From NCBI GenBank assembly GCA_029881255.1, contig JAOUMY010000004.1, positions 53,313 through 85,312 on the forward strand: DNA of 32,000 bases, given 5' to 3'. A program made the translations under genes and the position numbers. Under the pieces are notes generated by a model. It made no database searches, was not told the origin of the DNA, and saw only the letters and a program-made list of their open reading frames with translations. The DNA comes from Gammaproteobacteria bacterium. Its GTDB lineage: Bacteria; Pseudomonadota; Gammaproteobacteria; S012-40. Of the stretch, positions 24,397-32,000 are shown piece after piece (position 1 is the first letter of the stretch; every line of letters begins with the position of its first letter).

Positions 24397-25633
24397 TCTT
24401 CCGTCGGTCCAAAGCGGGCTTAAAGATAAGCTGGCGGTTTTGAAAGGTCGAAGTTCGCAGAATACTACTTCGACGGAGACGATCGCAGATGACTTGCGAC
24501 GACGTTTACAGGCTTCTTCGCGCAAGGCAGCTATCAATCAGAATAAACCAGACGACGAGCAACTTGCGGGAATATTGGGCGCAGAGGTGCTTGGCCGAGG
24601 CGTTATATTGCGTCGTACAGTTGTGCCATTGGGTCGTCAACATGGAATGTTTCGTATAGAGCCAGTGAGTCAAAGAGCATTGGGTTTGCCCGAGCTTGAT
24701 GGTTTGAGTATGCAGCGCCTTCTTTTTTTTGATACCGAAACCAGCGGGCTTTCAGGGGGTACCGGGACACAAGCCTTTATCATTGGGTTGGCGTCACTCG
24801 ATCAACAAGCCGGACATGTTGACGTATCGCAGTTTTTGTTGACAGCGTTTTGTGGTGAACAACTCATGTTGCGTTTCGTCGCCGAGATCGTAAATCAGCA
24901 TGACGTGTTGGTCAGTTATAACGGCAAATCGTTTGATTCTCCCTTATTGGCAACACGGTATCGAATGCAGGGTGAAAAAGACCCGTTTTCTCATTTGCAA
25001 CATCTGGATTTATTGCACCCTGTTCGTCGTTTATTCAGACAGCTTTGGAAAGATTGTCGCCTGGCGCGCGTGGAAAGCGAATTATTAGGATTCCAGCGAA
25101 CAGACGACTTACCCGGTTCACAAGCGCCAGAGGTGTGGTTTGAGTGGATGCGATTCGGCAGGTATCAGCGACTGGACGCTGTATTACGACACAATTACTG
25201 GGATTTACTAAGTTTACTCGTAGCACTCAATCGCTTGTCCACACTGATAGCGGCGCCATCGGCTTCGCAGATATCGTTGTCGGCGTTGGCCAAGTGGTAC
25301 AGAGATACCGGTTTGTTTGACGTATCCCACGCGGTATTGGAGAAAAACCGAACTATACTTGATCATGAAGGTTTGCTGGCGTTAGCCGCTTCCTACCGAC
25401 GACAGCGACAGTGGGAACAGGCGGCCGAGATCTGGAAAGTGCTTGCCACGGACGGGTGTCTTACATCTGAAGAACAATTGGCCAAATATTACGAACATCG
25501 GCTGCGTGACTTTGAGTCCGCCCTGAGTAGTACTAAACGTCTTATGTGTAGTGATCGGCATAACAGTGCCTACCAACATCGTTTTATTAGATTGCAGCAG
25601 AAGCTTCACCTAAGACATTTGCAACTCGTCTAA
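24380..25633 (+). CDS. DnaQ/RNase H-fold 3'-5' exonuclease with a C-terminal TPR-like region (YprB/MrfB-like)
   Basis: 417 aa, overlapping the helicase 3' end by 17 nt. DEDDh-type motifs: Exo I LLFFDTETSGL, Exo II LVSYNGKSFDSPLL, Exo III LRHNYWDLLSL. The C-terminus is helical-repeat-like (LALAASYRRQRQWEQAAEIWKVLA...LAKYYEHRLRDFESAL). An alternative start is the ATG at 24389. Confidence 0.75.
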   Translation: MRSMANLPSVQSGLKDKLAVLKGRSSQNTTSTETIADDLRRRLQASSRKAAINQNKPDDEQLAGILGAEVLGRGVILRRTVVPLGRQHGMFRIEPVSQRALGLPELDGLSMQRLLFFDTETSGLSGGTGTQAFIIGLASLDQQAGHVDVSQFLLTAFCGEQLMLRFVAEIVNQHDVLVSYNGKSFDSPLLATRYRMQGEKDPFSHLQHLDLLHPVRRLFRQLWKDCRLARVESELLGFQRTDDLPGSQAPEVWFEWMRFGRYQRLDAVLRHNYWDLLSLLVALNRLSTLIAAPSASQISLSALAKWYRDTGLFDVSHAVLEKNRTILDHEGLLALAASYRRQRQWEQAAEIWKVLATDGCLTSEEQLAKYYEHRLRDFESALSSTKRLMCSDRHNSAYQHRFIRLQQKLHLRHLQLV

Positions 25634-25657
25634 GACACACGTGTCAAGGAAGACTAT

Positions 25658-26977
25658 ATGGATACGAATATCAGTGAGTATGATGTTCCAGTTGGGGTTG
25701 TCATATCCGATCAGCTATTCAATACCAAACGCCGCTTTCTACGGCGTACCCGTTTTCTTCAGTTTGCATCAGATGAGTTTATAGAAGAACTTGCCCAGAC
25801 GGTACAGGCCATTGATGTGCCCGCTGGCATTACGGTTGTTGAAAAAGGTGAACAAGGCGATAGCTTATGTTTTATTGCCGAAGGGGAGGTCAAGGTTCAC
25901 GATGGGAATGTCGAGATTACACGTTTATCCAAAGGCGCAATGTTCGGCGAGATTGCGGCCTTATCGCCACAAAAGCGCACTGCGTCGATCACAACAGTCA
26001 CGGCGAGTCGGCTTTTCGTAGTTAAAGAAAAAGATTTTTATCGTTGCCTCTATGCTCATCCACAGGCAGCTCGCTGGGTAATACAGGGACTTTGCGATCA
26101 TGAGACCCGGCTTGTAAAAGAAGCAACGGAGGCGGCAGTGAAAGTAAAGCTGTTACAACGCGAACTGGAACTAGGTCAACAAATTCAAAAAAAATTTCTG
26201 CCCGATGAGCCATTGAAAATTGATAGTTGGCAAATCGAAAGTGATTTTGTTCCGGCGCATGAAGCAGCCAGTGATTTCTATGATTACTTTCGGCTGGAAA
26301 CCAGAAATAGAATTGCTGCTTTTATTGGCGACGTAGGTGATAGTGGTGTCGGCGCCGCTTTGTTTATGAGCTTGTTTCGTAGCCTGCTACATTTTGGCTG
26401 TGAATTTTATGACGAGTTGAATTATTCCTCGAAAAATACAGCAAGTCTAGATCAGACTTTACCATCAGATAAGGTGTTATTACTGGATATCATCCACCAG
26501 ATTAACCAATATGTAGTCAAGACGCATGCCCATAATGGAAAGTTTACCTCGCTGTTCTTTGCCGTTTTTGACATAGAATCGGGCGCGTTTGTATATGTTA
26601 ATGCCGGACATCCAGCGCCGCTTATCCGTCGTTTTGATGGTGAGGTAACAATCCTCTCGACAACGAGTCCGGTACTGGGTTTGTATCAACAAGCAAACTA
26701 TCAAATCGGAAAAGATTGCCTCGACCCGGGAGACGTGTTGTTTGCCTACACAGATGGCTTAACACAGGCCCGCAACATACGTGGCGAACATTTTGGGCAC
26801 CAGCAATTACCTGAAATTGTCCGTACCGCACAAAACGGGGCGACCAAAGTTTTACATACGGTCAGTACCGCTTTGGATAATTTTGTGCAGGGATGGAAGC
26901 AGCAGGACGACCTTACTTTACTCGCAATAGGCCGTTGGCCTGGCTCAGGCCAAACCCTTGCCACCAGTGACATTTGA
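25658..26977 (+). CDS. Cyclic-nucleotide-binding domain protein fused to a PP2C/SpoIIE-type serine phosphatase
   Basis: 439 aa with an AGGAAG Shine-Dalgarno. The cNMP-binding beta-roll is GEQGDSLCFIAEGEVKVHDG...GAMFGEIAALSPQKRTASITTVTASRLFVV. The SpoIIE/PP2C part is ASDFYDYF...FIGDVGDSGVGAALFMS...NAGHPAPL...LFAYTDGLTQA...QDDLTLLAI. Confidence 0.85.
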   Translation: MDTNISEYDVPVGVVISDQLFNTKRRFLRRTRFLQFASDEFIEELAQTVQAIDVPAGITVVEKGEQGDSLCFIAEGEVKVHDGNVEITRLSKGAMFGEIAALSPQKRTASITTVTASRLFVVKEKDFYRCLYAHPQAARWVIQGLCDHETRLVKEATEAAVKVKLLQRELELGQQIQKKFLPDEPLKIDSWQIESDFVPAHEAASDFYDYFRLETRNRIAAFIGDVGDSGVGAALFMSLFRSLLHFGCEFYDELNYSSKNTASLDQTLPSDKVLLLDIIHQINQYVVKTHAHNGKFTSLFFAVFDIESGAFVYVNAGHPAPLIRRFDGEVTILSTTSPVLGLYQQANYQIGKDCLDPGDVLFAYTDGLTQARNIRGEHFGHQQLPEIVRTAQNGATKVLHTVSTALDNFVQGWKQQDDLTLLAIGRWPGSGQTLATSDI

Positions 26978-27104
26978 AAAAACGGATAAAATAATTAAAT
27001 GCTAATCCATATCGGCGTATAATCCCCGCCCGGTATTTTTCTACTCGCCGGGGTTCTCTCAAAACCTGGCGATTCACACTTAAGGGTATTTGGGAGCGTT
27101 TGCC

Positions 27105-27881
27105 ATGACCAATAAATGCGATTTGTCTTTTCAACAAAAAAATCTATTTCAACAGGGATATCAATCATATACACCTGCTGAGCTCAAGCAGATACAATGG
27201 GGACTGCGTTTTACCCCTGCGGTGTGTACGCTTATAACTATTTATGCCTTGTTTACACAATCACCAATACTACTGTTCCTCGTAGCCTTCCTGGGCATGT
27301 GGGCCTTCTTTTTTCCTGCCGGTCACCCAATGGATTTAATATACAACCACGGGGTACGTAAACTGTTCGATGCTGTCGCACTACCACCTAATCCCTTTCA
27401 GCGTCGTTTGGCATGTTTCGCAGCGGGAATTATGAACACCACCGCAGCAGTATTTTTCCTACTGGAGATGCCGGTCGCCGCTATAGTGACTGGTGGTATG
27501 CTGGTGGCTCTTCAACTTATTGTTATATTTACGCATTTTTGCACTTTGTCGTGGATGTACGAAGGCCTTATGCGCTTGCTAGGACGCTGGTCGGTACCCG
27601 TAGAACCTGAAAAAGCGAAAGCCCTGCTATCCCTGGACGCGATGTTAGTTGACGTTCGTGGTCCTGATGAATTCGCGGCAGAGCATTTGTACAGCGCAAC
27701 CAATCTTCCTCTGGAAAAACTGGATCACTGTATTGACGCATTAAAGGGAAAGCCGATACTGGTCTATTGCGCTAGTGGCACTCGTAGTCAGATTGCCAGC
27801 CAAAAGTTAAAGCAATACGGTGTCGATGTGTATGATCTGGGTAGCCTGACACGTGCCAAAGATGTGTTAGAAGAAGCTTAA
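27105..27881 (+). CDS. Membrane DUF4395-like domain fused to a C-terminal rhodanese domain
   Basis: The ATG at 27105 has GGGAG 8 nt upstream; the track start is TTG 27090. The N-terminal half has 3-4 hydrophobic helices. The C-terminal rhodanese is LVDVRGPDEFAAEHLYSATNLP...KPILVYCASGTRSQIASQKLKQYGVDVYDLGS, with the active-site loop CASGTRS. Confidence 0.75.
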   Translation: MTNKCDLSFQQKNLFQQGYQSYTPAELKQIQWGLRFTPAVCTLITIYALFTQSPILLFLVAFLGMWAFFFPAGHPMDLIYNHGVRKLFDAVALPPNPFQRRLACFAAGIMNTTAAVFFLLEMPVAAIVTGGMLVALQLIVIFTHFCTLSWMYEGLMRLLGRWSVPVEPEKAKALLSLDAMLVDVRGPDEFAAEHLYSATNLPLEKLDHCIDALKGKPILVYCASGTRSQIASQKLKQYGVDVYDLGSLTRAKDVLEEA

Positions 27882-27910
27882 GTCAGTAGCGAGAATCCCA
27901 TGGAGCCAAA

Positions 27911-27943
27911 GGCTGGTGATATTCACCGGCCTTTTTCCTTTTT
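27911..27943 (+). terminator. Rho-independent terminator downstream of the rhodanese gene
   Basis: GGCTGGTG (27911-27918) pairs with CACCGGCC (27924-27931): 8 bp including one G-U pair, with loop ATATT. It is followed by TTTTTCCTTTTT (27932-27943). Confidence 0.6.
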
Positions 27944-28053
27944 AAGGCCAAAGAACGGCTTGAAATTTGAAGACGTCTACCTACAATGGGGGGCAATTCA
28001 GCCACTCGGCCAGGTCATAGCCCTGGAGCCGGTAGTATTAAGGCGGGGAGAAA

Positions 28054-28413
28054 ATGAAAAAAGTATTGGTCTTGTTGGTTGCCGGTTTATTAGCCACCTC
28101 TGTGTTTGCACATGAAGGACACAAAGGTCATGGCAGCGGCAATCCGTATAAGGACTTCGATATACCCATCGAGCAGAAAGACGCAGAGACTTTTGCCAAG
28201 TCAGTCATTGATCGGTTGGTGGAAAAGAAGAAGATATCTGAATCGTGGCGCAATGCCGGATTTCTAGGGGCCACGCAAAAGGTGTTCAAAGACCAGCCTG
28301 AGTGGGTGGTCAGCTACAAGAATGTGTCGATCAAAGAGGAATCAAAACAGGTGCTATATGTGTTTCTATCCACATATGGCGAGTTTTTGGGGATCAACTA
28401 CACAGGTGAGTAA
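28054..28413 (+). CDS. Small secreted/periplasmic protein of unknown function (His/Gly-rich mature N-terminus)
   Basis: Signal peptide MKKVLVLLVAGLLATSVFA/HEGHKGHGSG, with a GGGGAG Shine-Dalgarno upstream. The rest resembles small PepSY-like or DUF proteins (EWVVSYKN...VLYVFLSTYGEFLGINYTG), but I cannot name a family with confidence. Confidence 0.5.
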   Translation: MKKVLVLLVAGLLATSVFAHEGHKGHGSGNPYKDFDIPIEQKDAETFAKSVIDRLVEKKKISESWRNAGFLGATQKVFKDQPEWVVSYKNVSIKEESKQVLYVFLSTYGEFLGINYTGE

Positions 28414-28424
28414 TACACCACGCT

Positions 28425-29279
28425 ATGTTCGAACCACCTGAAACACAAGTTCCAGAAATTACTATAAAAGTGAATCCCGAGGATGTCGGTTTGCTAAGCG
28501 ACTTCCTAGTCAATCACACCGAAATCGCCAAGCGGCGCATCAAGGATGCCATCAGTAAAGGCGCAGTCTGGATCAAGCGCGGTAGAAGTGCACCTCGCCG
28601 CGTACGTCGCGCAAATTTCATGCTACGACCAAATGATCAAGTGTCATTATTCTATGATGAAGCCTTTCTTAGCCGTAGTATTCCCAGAGCCCTGTGCGTG
28701 GCTGACATGAAACACTACAGTGTTTGGTTCAAGCCAATGGGGCTGGGCATGGAAGGCGGTAAATATGGCGATCACCTTTCCCTTCGGCGTCAGGTAGAAG
28801 TTTTTTTCGATCCGTTTCGTGAAGTTCATTTCGTGCAGAGTCTTGATTACAGGCATTCAGGATTGCTTGTGGTTGCTCATTCCAATTCGGCGGCGACTAA
28901 ATTGGGCGTGCTGGCGGCGCGACATCGAATTCAGACCACTTATCGCATTTTAGTGGAAGGCGAGTTCTCAAAGGACGATCAAAACGGCACTATAGACACC
29001 GATATTGAGGGTAAGCCGGCAAAAACGAGCTACTGCGTGCAGCACTATGATCATGATCGAGATGTGTCTACAGTCGAGGTCAAGGTTAACAATTTACGTG
29101 AAAGCCAGTTCGATATACATTTTGCGTCAATCGGCCACCCGGTGGTGGATAATTTAGCACCGGACGGCGTGGTAGCTGACACCGAGGGGTCTATGCTTGG
29201 AGTAGAGTTAAGCTTTGAATGCCCTATATTGAAGAAGGATATGATGTTCGCACTGGATGAAAAACATCAGTATTTGTAG
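28425..29279 (+). CDS. Divergent RluA-family pseudouridine synthase-like protein with an N-terminal S4-like domain
   Basis: S4-like region: LSDFLVNHTEIAKRRIKDAISKGAVWIKRGR...LRPNDQVSLFYDE. The catalytic-loop region is QSLDYRHSGLLVVAHS (canonical HRLDxxTSG, Asp retained). The distal motif is RESQFDIHFASIGHPVVDN, where RluA enzymes have TGRxHQIRxH...GHPIxGD. Confidence 0.6.
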   Translation: MFEPPETQVPEITIKVNPEDVGLLSDFLVNHTEIAKRRIKDAISKGAVWIKRGRSAPRRVRRANFMLRPNDQVSLFYDEAFLSRSIPRALCVADMKHYSVWFKPMGLGMEGGKYGDHLSLRRQVEVFFDPFREVHFVQSLDYRHSGLLVVAHSNSAATKLGVLAARHRIQTTYRILVEGEFSKDDQNGTIDTDIEGKPAKTSYCVQHYDHDRDVSTVEVKVNNLRESQFDIHFASIGHPVVDNLAPDGVVADTEGSMLGVELSFECPILKKDMMFALDEKHQYL

Positions 29280-29416
29280 GTGAAAGTGCGTAAATAGTTC
29301 TTGGGCGTTGGATTTACACAATCTCACTGTGTTAACTGGTCGACGATATAACCGATAACAAATTAACACGGTTTCGTATCGTGCATTTCATAGTAGCTGA
29401 GTAGAAAGATATCGTT

Positions 29417-29770
29417 ATGGATAGTGCAACCCAGGAAAAAATTCTCGCTAGCGTCAAGGTGTTACAAGATAAATTCCGTTCGAATCTTCGCGAACGATTT
29501 GATGCAGTGGAAGAAAATTTGCGTCAGGCCGTACAGGATGCGCAGAACGGCGATATTCAAAAAGAACTGTATCGAAGTGTACATAGCATGGCTGGCTCAT
29601 CTGGTACGTTTGGTTTGCCTGAAGTGGGAGACTCTGCCCGCCAATTGTTAAACGCAATCAAAGACTGGCAACAAATCTGCGCACAAGAACCCGGGGCATC
29701 GCTGGTTGAAGAGATCAATGTCCGGCTTGAGGCTTTGCGACAGGTCGTAGATCAAAACGCGGGCAATTAA
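29417..29770 (+). CDS. Hpt (histidine phosphotransfer) domain protein
   Basis: 117 aa, four-helix-bundle-like, with the canonical phospho-His motif context YRSVHSMAGSSGTFGLPEVGDSARQLLNAI (HxxKG-type: H-S-M-A-G-S-S-G-T-F-G). Confidence 0.8.
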   Translation: MDSATQEKILASVKVLQDKFRSNLRERFDAVEENLRQAVQDAQNGDIQKELYRSVHSMAGSSGTFGLPEVGDSARQLLNAIKDWQQICAQEPGASLVEEINVRLEALRQVVDQNAGN

Positions 29771-29951
29771 GTCATCTACGATAAACTGGACTTGTCCTTT
29801 CTGATAATCATTATTTCATCTAGGTCATCTAAGTTTCCGTCTGAAAAATAAGGTAGAAAATCGGCCTTTATAAGGCATTACTGATACGTTTTCCGATATT
29901 TATCGGTTAGAATCCCTTTCTAGCGTATAAGTATTTTAATGTGGCAAAGAC

Positions 29952-32000
29952 ATGCGAGACTCATCAAACCTGGCTAAACTCAGTCCGCCCAGGGCCAACC
30001 GGATCATGCCAAGAGAGCGACTCTTCAAGCGCTTGACTGAATCCGTTGACGGTTCGGCATGCGTTTGGCTAAGTGGGCCTGCTGGTTCAGGTAAGAGCAG
30101 CCTGGTGAGTAGCTATTTAAAACGTCGTCGCACTAAAGCACTATGGTATAACTTCGATGAAGGCGATACCGACGCAGCAACTTTTTTTTACTACCTCAGT
30201 ACGGCAGCGCGAGGCCTGTTAGGTGAAACTGAAGCAGTTTTGCCGCACCTGGCCCCAGAGTATCTTCCCAAGATCAATATCTTTGCGCGGCGATATTTTG
30301 AAAAACTTTACAGTATTCTGCCGCAACCAACTACTCTGGTTTTTGAAAATTGTCAGGAAATTCCAGCAGATTCTGTCATATTCGAAATTCTGGCCATTGC
30401 CATTTCTGTTCTTCCGGAAAAAATGAATTTGTTGTTTACCAGCCGCAACGAATTACCGCCGCAAATATCACATTTGAAAATGCGCTACTCGATTGAAGCC
30501 ATTCATAGTTCGGAATTACGTTTTAATCGTGAAGAGGCTTTTGAATTTGCTAAGACTCAGCTCGGTGAAGTGGAAAGCTCCCAGCTTGCGACATTGATCG
30601 ATCAAATTGACGGTTGGGCGTCAGGTCTTGTGTTGCTAATTGATCAGCTTAAATCCGGTAAGAGTGCAATCCAATTAGGTGATGCGTTGGCAGAGTTGAC
30701 TGACACAACATTCAGCTATTTTGCCAGCGAGTATTTTGCCAGTGCAGGAGAAGAAGTTCGTGAATTTCTGTTGCGGACCTCCTGGCTACCATTGATGACG
30801 TCATCCATGGCCATGGAATTAAGCGGATACTCTGACGCAGAAAGTATTTTGACCGGCTTGGTAAACAGTAATTTCTTTATCGAAAGACATAGAACCGGCG
30901 AAACCGTTTACCGTTTTCACGCCTTGTTCAGGCAGTTTTTACAGAACGAATCGGTGAAGCACTATAGTTCCGAAACCTTGGATGAGATTCGCAAACTGGC
31001 GTCGCGGCTTTTGGTTAAACAGGGCATGAGCGAGCTAGCGTTTGATTTAATGGCTGACACGCAGGACTGGTCCTACCTTTTGAGAGAAACTCTGCGCCTG
31101 GCGCCTATGTTCGTTTCGCAGGGCCGACATCAAACGCTACATAAATGGCTGAATAAGGCGCCGGAAAGTTTTGTTGAACAATCTCCGTGGGCAGGATATT
31201 GGTTTGCCAAGAGTATTCTTTATCGGGATATCAAGCTTGCTAGAAATCATCTTGAAAAAAGTTTTAATTTGTTCACCAATAGACAGGATTATCACGGGCA
31301 ACTTGTTTCTTGGATTGGAATCGTCGAAACCTTTTTTTACGAGTGGGGCGATGTCCATCAGTTGGATAACTGGTTGGCAACGTTTTTCGATATGTACAAA
31401 CCCGACGTCTCTATAGGTAATAGTGATTTAGAAGCCGGTGTCGCTTTGGGTGTGTTTACCGCGATGTTTCTGCGCTGTCCAGAGCACGAAAAAATGGGAT
31501 ATTGGGAAGATCGCTTGCTTGGTATGCTGCAACAAAGTCTTCCACTTTCGATAAAGCTTAATATTGCAAACACGCTACTATTCCATTTTATCTGGTATAG
31601 CGGAAACCGAGGTAAGGCGACGCTAGTTATCGAAAGCATGCCGGCAAACATCGATACCAGTTCGGAAATAGAACCTCTTCTACAAACTATGTGGATTGCG
31701 CACCAAGCGTCTTACAAGTGTTGGTTTTCAGATAAACGGCAAGATATATATGGCGATATTGATCGCACGCTGGAACTAGCGAGGCATCATGGCATTCACA
31801 TTGCCGATTCGCTGGCCTTAATTGTTGGCGCATGTACGGCATTTATGGACGGTCAGTTGGAGAAAGGGCATGAGTTTATACGCGGCGCGCGAGATGCTCT
31901 AAATAGTAACAGGCGTGTAGACCTATCTCTTTATCATCAATATATGGCGTGGGAGTACTGGCTGGATAAAAAATGGTCCGATGCCTTGGCCCATGTCAGT
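29952..32000 (+). CDS. MalT-like STAND NTPase / LuxR-family ATP-dependent transcriptional regulator (N-terminal ~683 aa; C-terminus beyond the window)
   Basis: Open-ended, so absent from the ORF track. My translation from the ATG at 29952 gives MRDSSNLAKLSPPRANRIMPRERLFKRLTESVDGSACVWLSGPAGSGKSSLVSSYL (MalT-type N-terminus plus Walker A). It continues with LLVFENCQEI (Walker B-like), SELRFNREEAFEF and IDGWASGLVLL (MalT-like signatures), then helical-repeat sequence. I spot-checked the frame at 30420-30660 and 31140-31380 and saw no stops. No stop-bounded ORF is listed in this frame. Confidence 0.75.
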   Translation, partial: MRDSSNLAKLSPPRANRIMPRERLFKRLTESVDGSACVWLSGPAGSGKSSLVSSYLKRRRTKALWYNFDEGDTDAATFFYYLSTAARGLLGETEAVLPHLAPEYLPKINIFARRYFEKLYSILPQPTTLVFENCQEIPADSVIFEILAIAISVLPEKMNLLFTSRNELPPQISHLKMRYSIEAIHSSELRFNREEAFEFAKTQLGEVESSQLATLIDQIDGWASGLVLLIDQLKSGKSAIQLGDALAELTDTTFSYFASEYFASAGEEVREFLLRTSWLPLMTSSMAMELSGYSDAESILTGLVNSNFFIERHRTGETVYRFHALFRQFLQNESVKHYSSETLDEIRKLASRLLVKQGMSELAFDLMADTQDWSYLLRETLRLAPMFVSQGRHQTLHKWLNKAPESFVEQSPWAGYWFAKSILYRDIKLARNHLEKSFNLFTNRQDYHGQLVSWIGIVETFFYEWGDVHQLDNWLATFFDMYKPDVSIGNSDLEAGVALGVFTAMFLRCPEHEKMGYWEDRLLGMLQQSLPLSIKLNIANTLLFHFIWYSGNRGKATLVIESMPANIDTSSEIEPLLQTMWIAHQASYKCWFSDKRQDIYGDIDRTLELARHHGIHIADSLALIVGACTAFMDGQLEKGHEFIRGARDALNSNRRVDLSLYHQYMAWEYWLDKKWSDALAHVS

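Noticed and set aside
22247-24537. Multiple minus-strand ORFs (60-150 aa) within the helicase/exonuclease genes
   Set aside because: Same reasoning: they are antisense shadows of a well-supported 811-aa helicase ORF, with compositionally biased translations.
21961-25633. The DUF1998-type helicase could mark a DISARM-like or other phage-defence island
   Set aside because: No methyltransferase, PLD nuclease or separate DrmB-like gene is present. The partner is a DnaQ-fold exonuclease, as in MrfAB. The operon carries a perfect LexA box, which favours a DNA-repair role.
29790-29800. GGAC-TT-GTCC followed by TTTCT after the Hpt gene as a possible terminator
   Set aside because: A 4-bp stem with a 2-nt loop cannot form a stable hairpin. 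I did not call it.
1-32000. Search by eye for tRNA/rRNA genes, CRISPR arrays, IS elements, integrases, toxin-antitoxin pairs or prophage genes
   Set aside because: No spaced direct repeats, terminal inverted repeats, transposase- or integrase-like translations, or cloverleaf-capable intergenic sequences were recognised. All intergenic gaps are under 320 bp. This is a visual scan only, so tRNAscan, Infernal and ISfinder should confirm it.

Overview
The window looks like a chromosomal segment from a Gram-negative bacterium, probably a gammaproteobacterium. That guess rests on a CTGT-N8-ACAG LexA box, a sigma-54-type promoter, lipoboxes and an OMP beta-signal. It is densely coding, with about 32 CDS. 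I recognised no rRNA, tRNA, CRISPR array or IS/transposase.

Contents in order:
- 1-2710 (-): a large Big_2/FN3/Kelch lipoprotein that runs off the window start.
- 3013-9379: a TlpA-like thiol-disulfide oxidoreductase, followed by a compact redox cluster: 2-hydroxyacid dehydrogenase, DUF3445-like protein, AEC permease, LLM flavin oxidoreductase, NAD epimerase/dehydratase-fold protein and an AurF-like di-iron oxygenase.
- 9698-16735: a tightly packed six-gene operon. It encodes a Sel1-repeat/SPOR protein, MotA-like and MotB-like stator proteins, a predicted OM beta-barrel, a Pro/Glu-rich TPR lipoprotein, and a 700-aa protein with FliF-like topology whose cytoplasmic C-terminus is a FliG-like (middle + C-terminal) domain.
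- 18088-20412: a translationally coupled DUF1538-DUF1538-PII-like-CBS module.
- 21896-25633: a LexA-box-preceded pair consisting of a DExH helicase with a DUF1998-type Cys4 C-terminus and a DnaQ-like exonuclease (MrfA/MrfB-like).
- 25658-32000: a cNMP-binding/PP2C phosphatase, a DUF4395-rhodanese protein, a divergent RluA-like protein, an Hpt protein and a MalT-like STAND regulator that runs off the window end.

The best candidate for an undescribed system is the 9698-16735 operon. It has stator, rotor-like and envelope components, but no flagellar export, rod, hook or filament genes lie within the window.

All domain calls come from reading translated sequence by eye. No database search was run.
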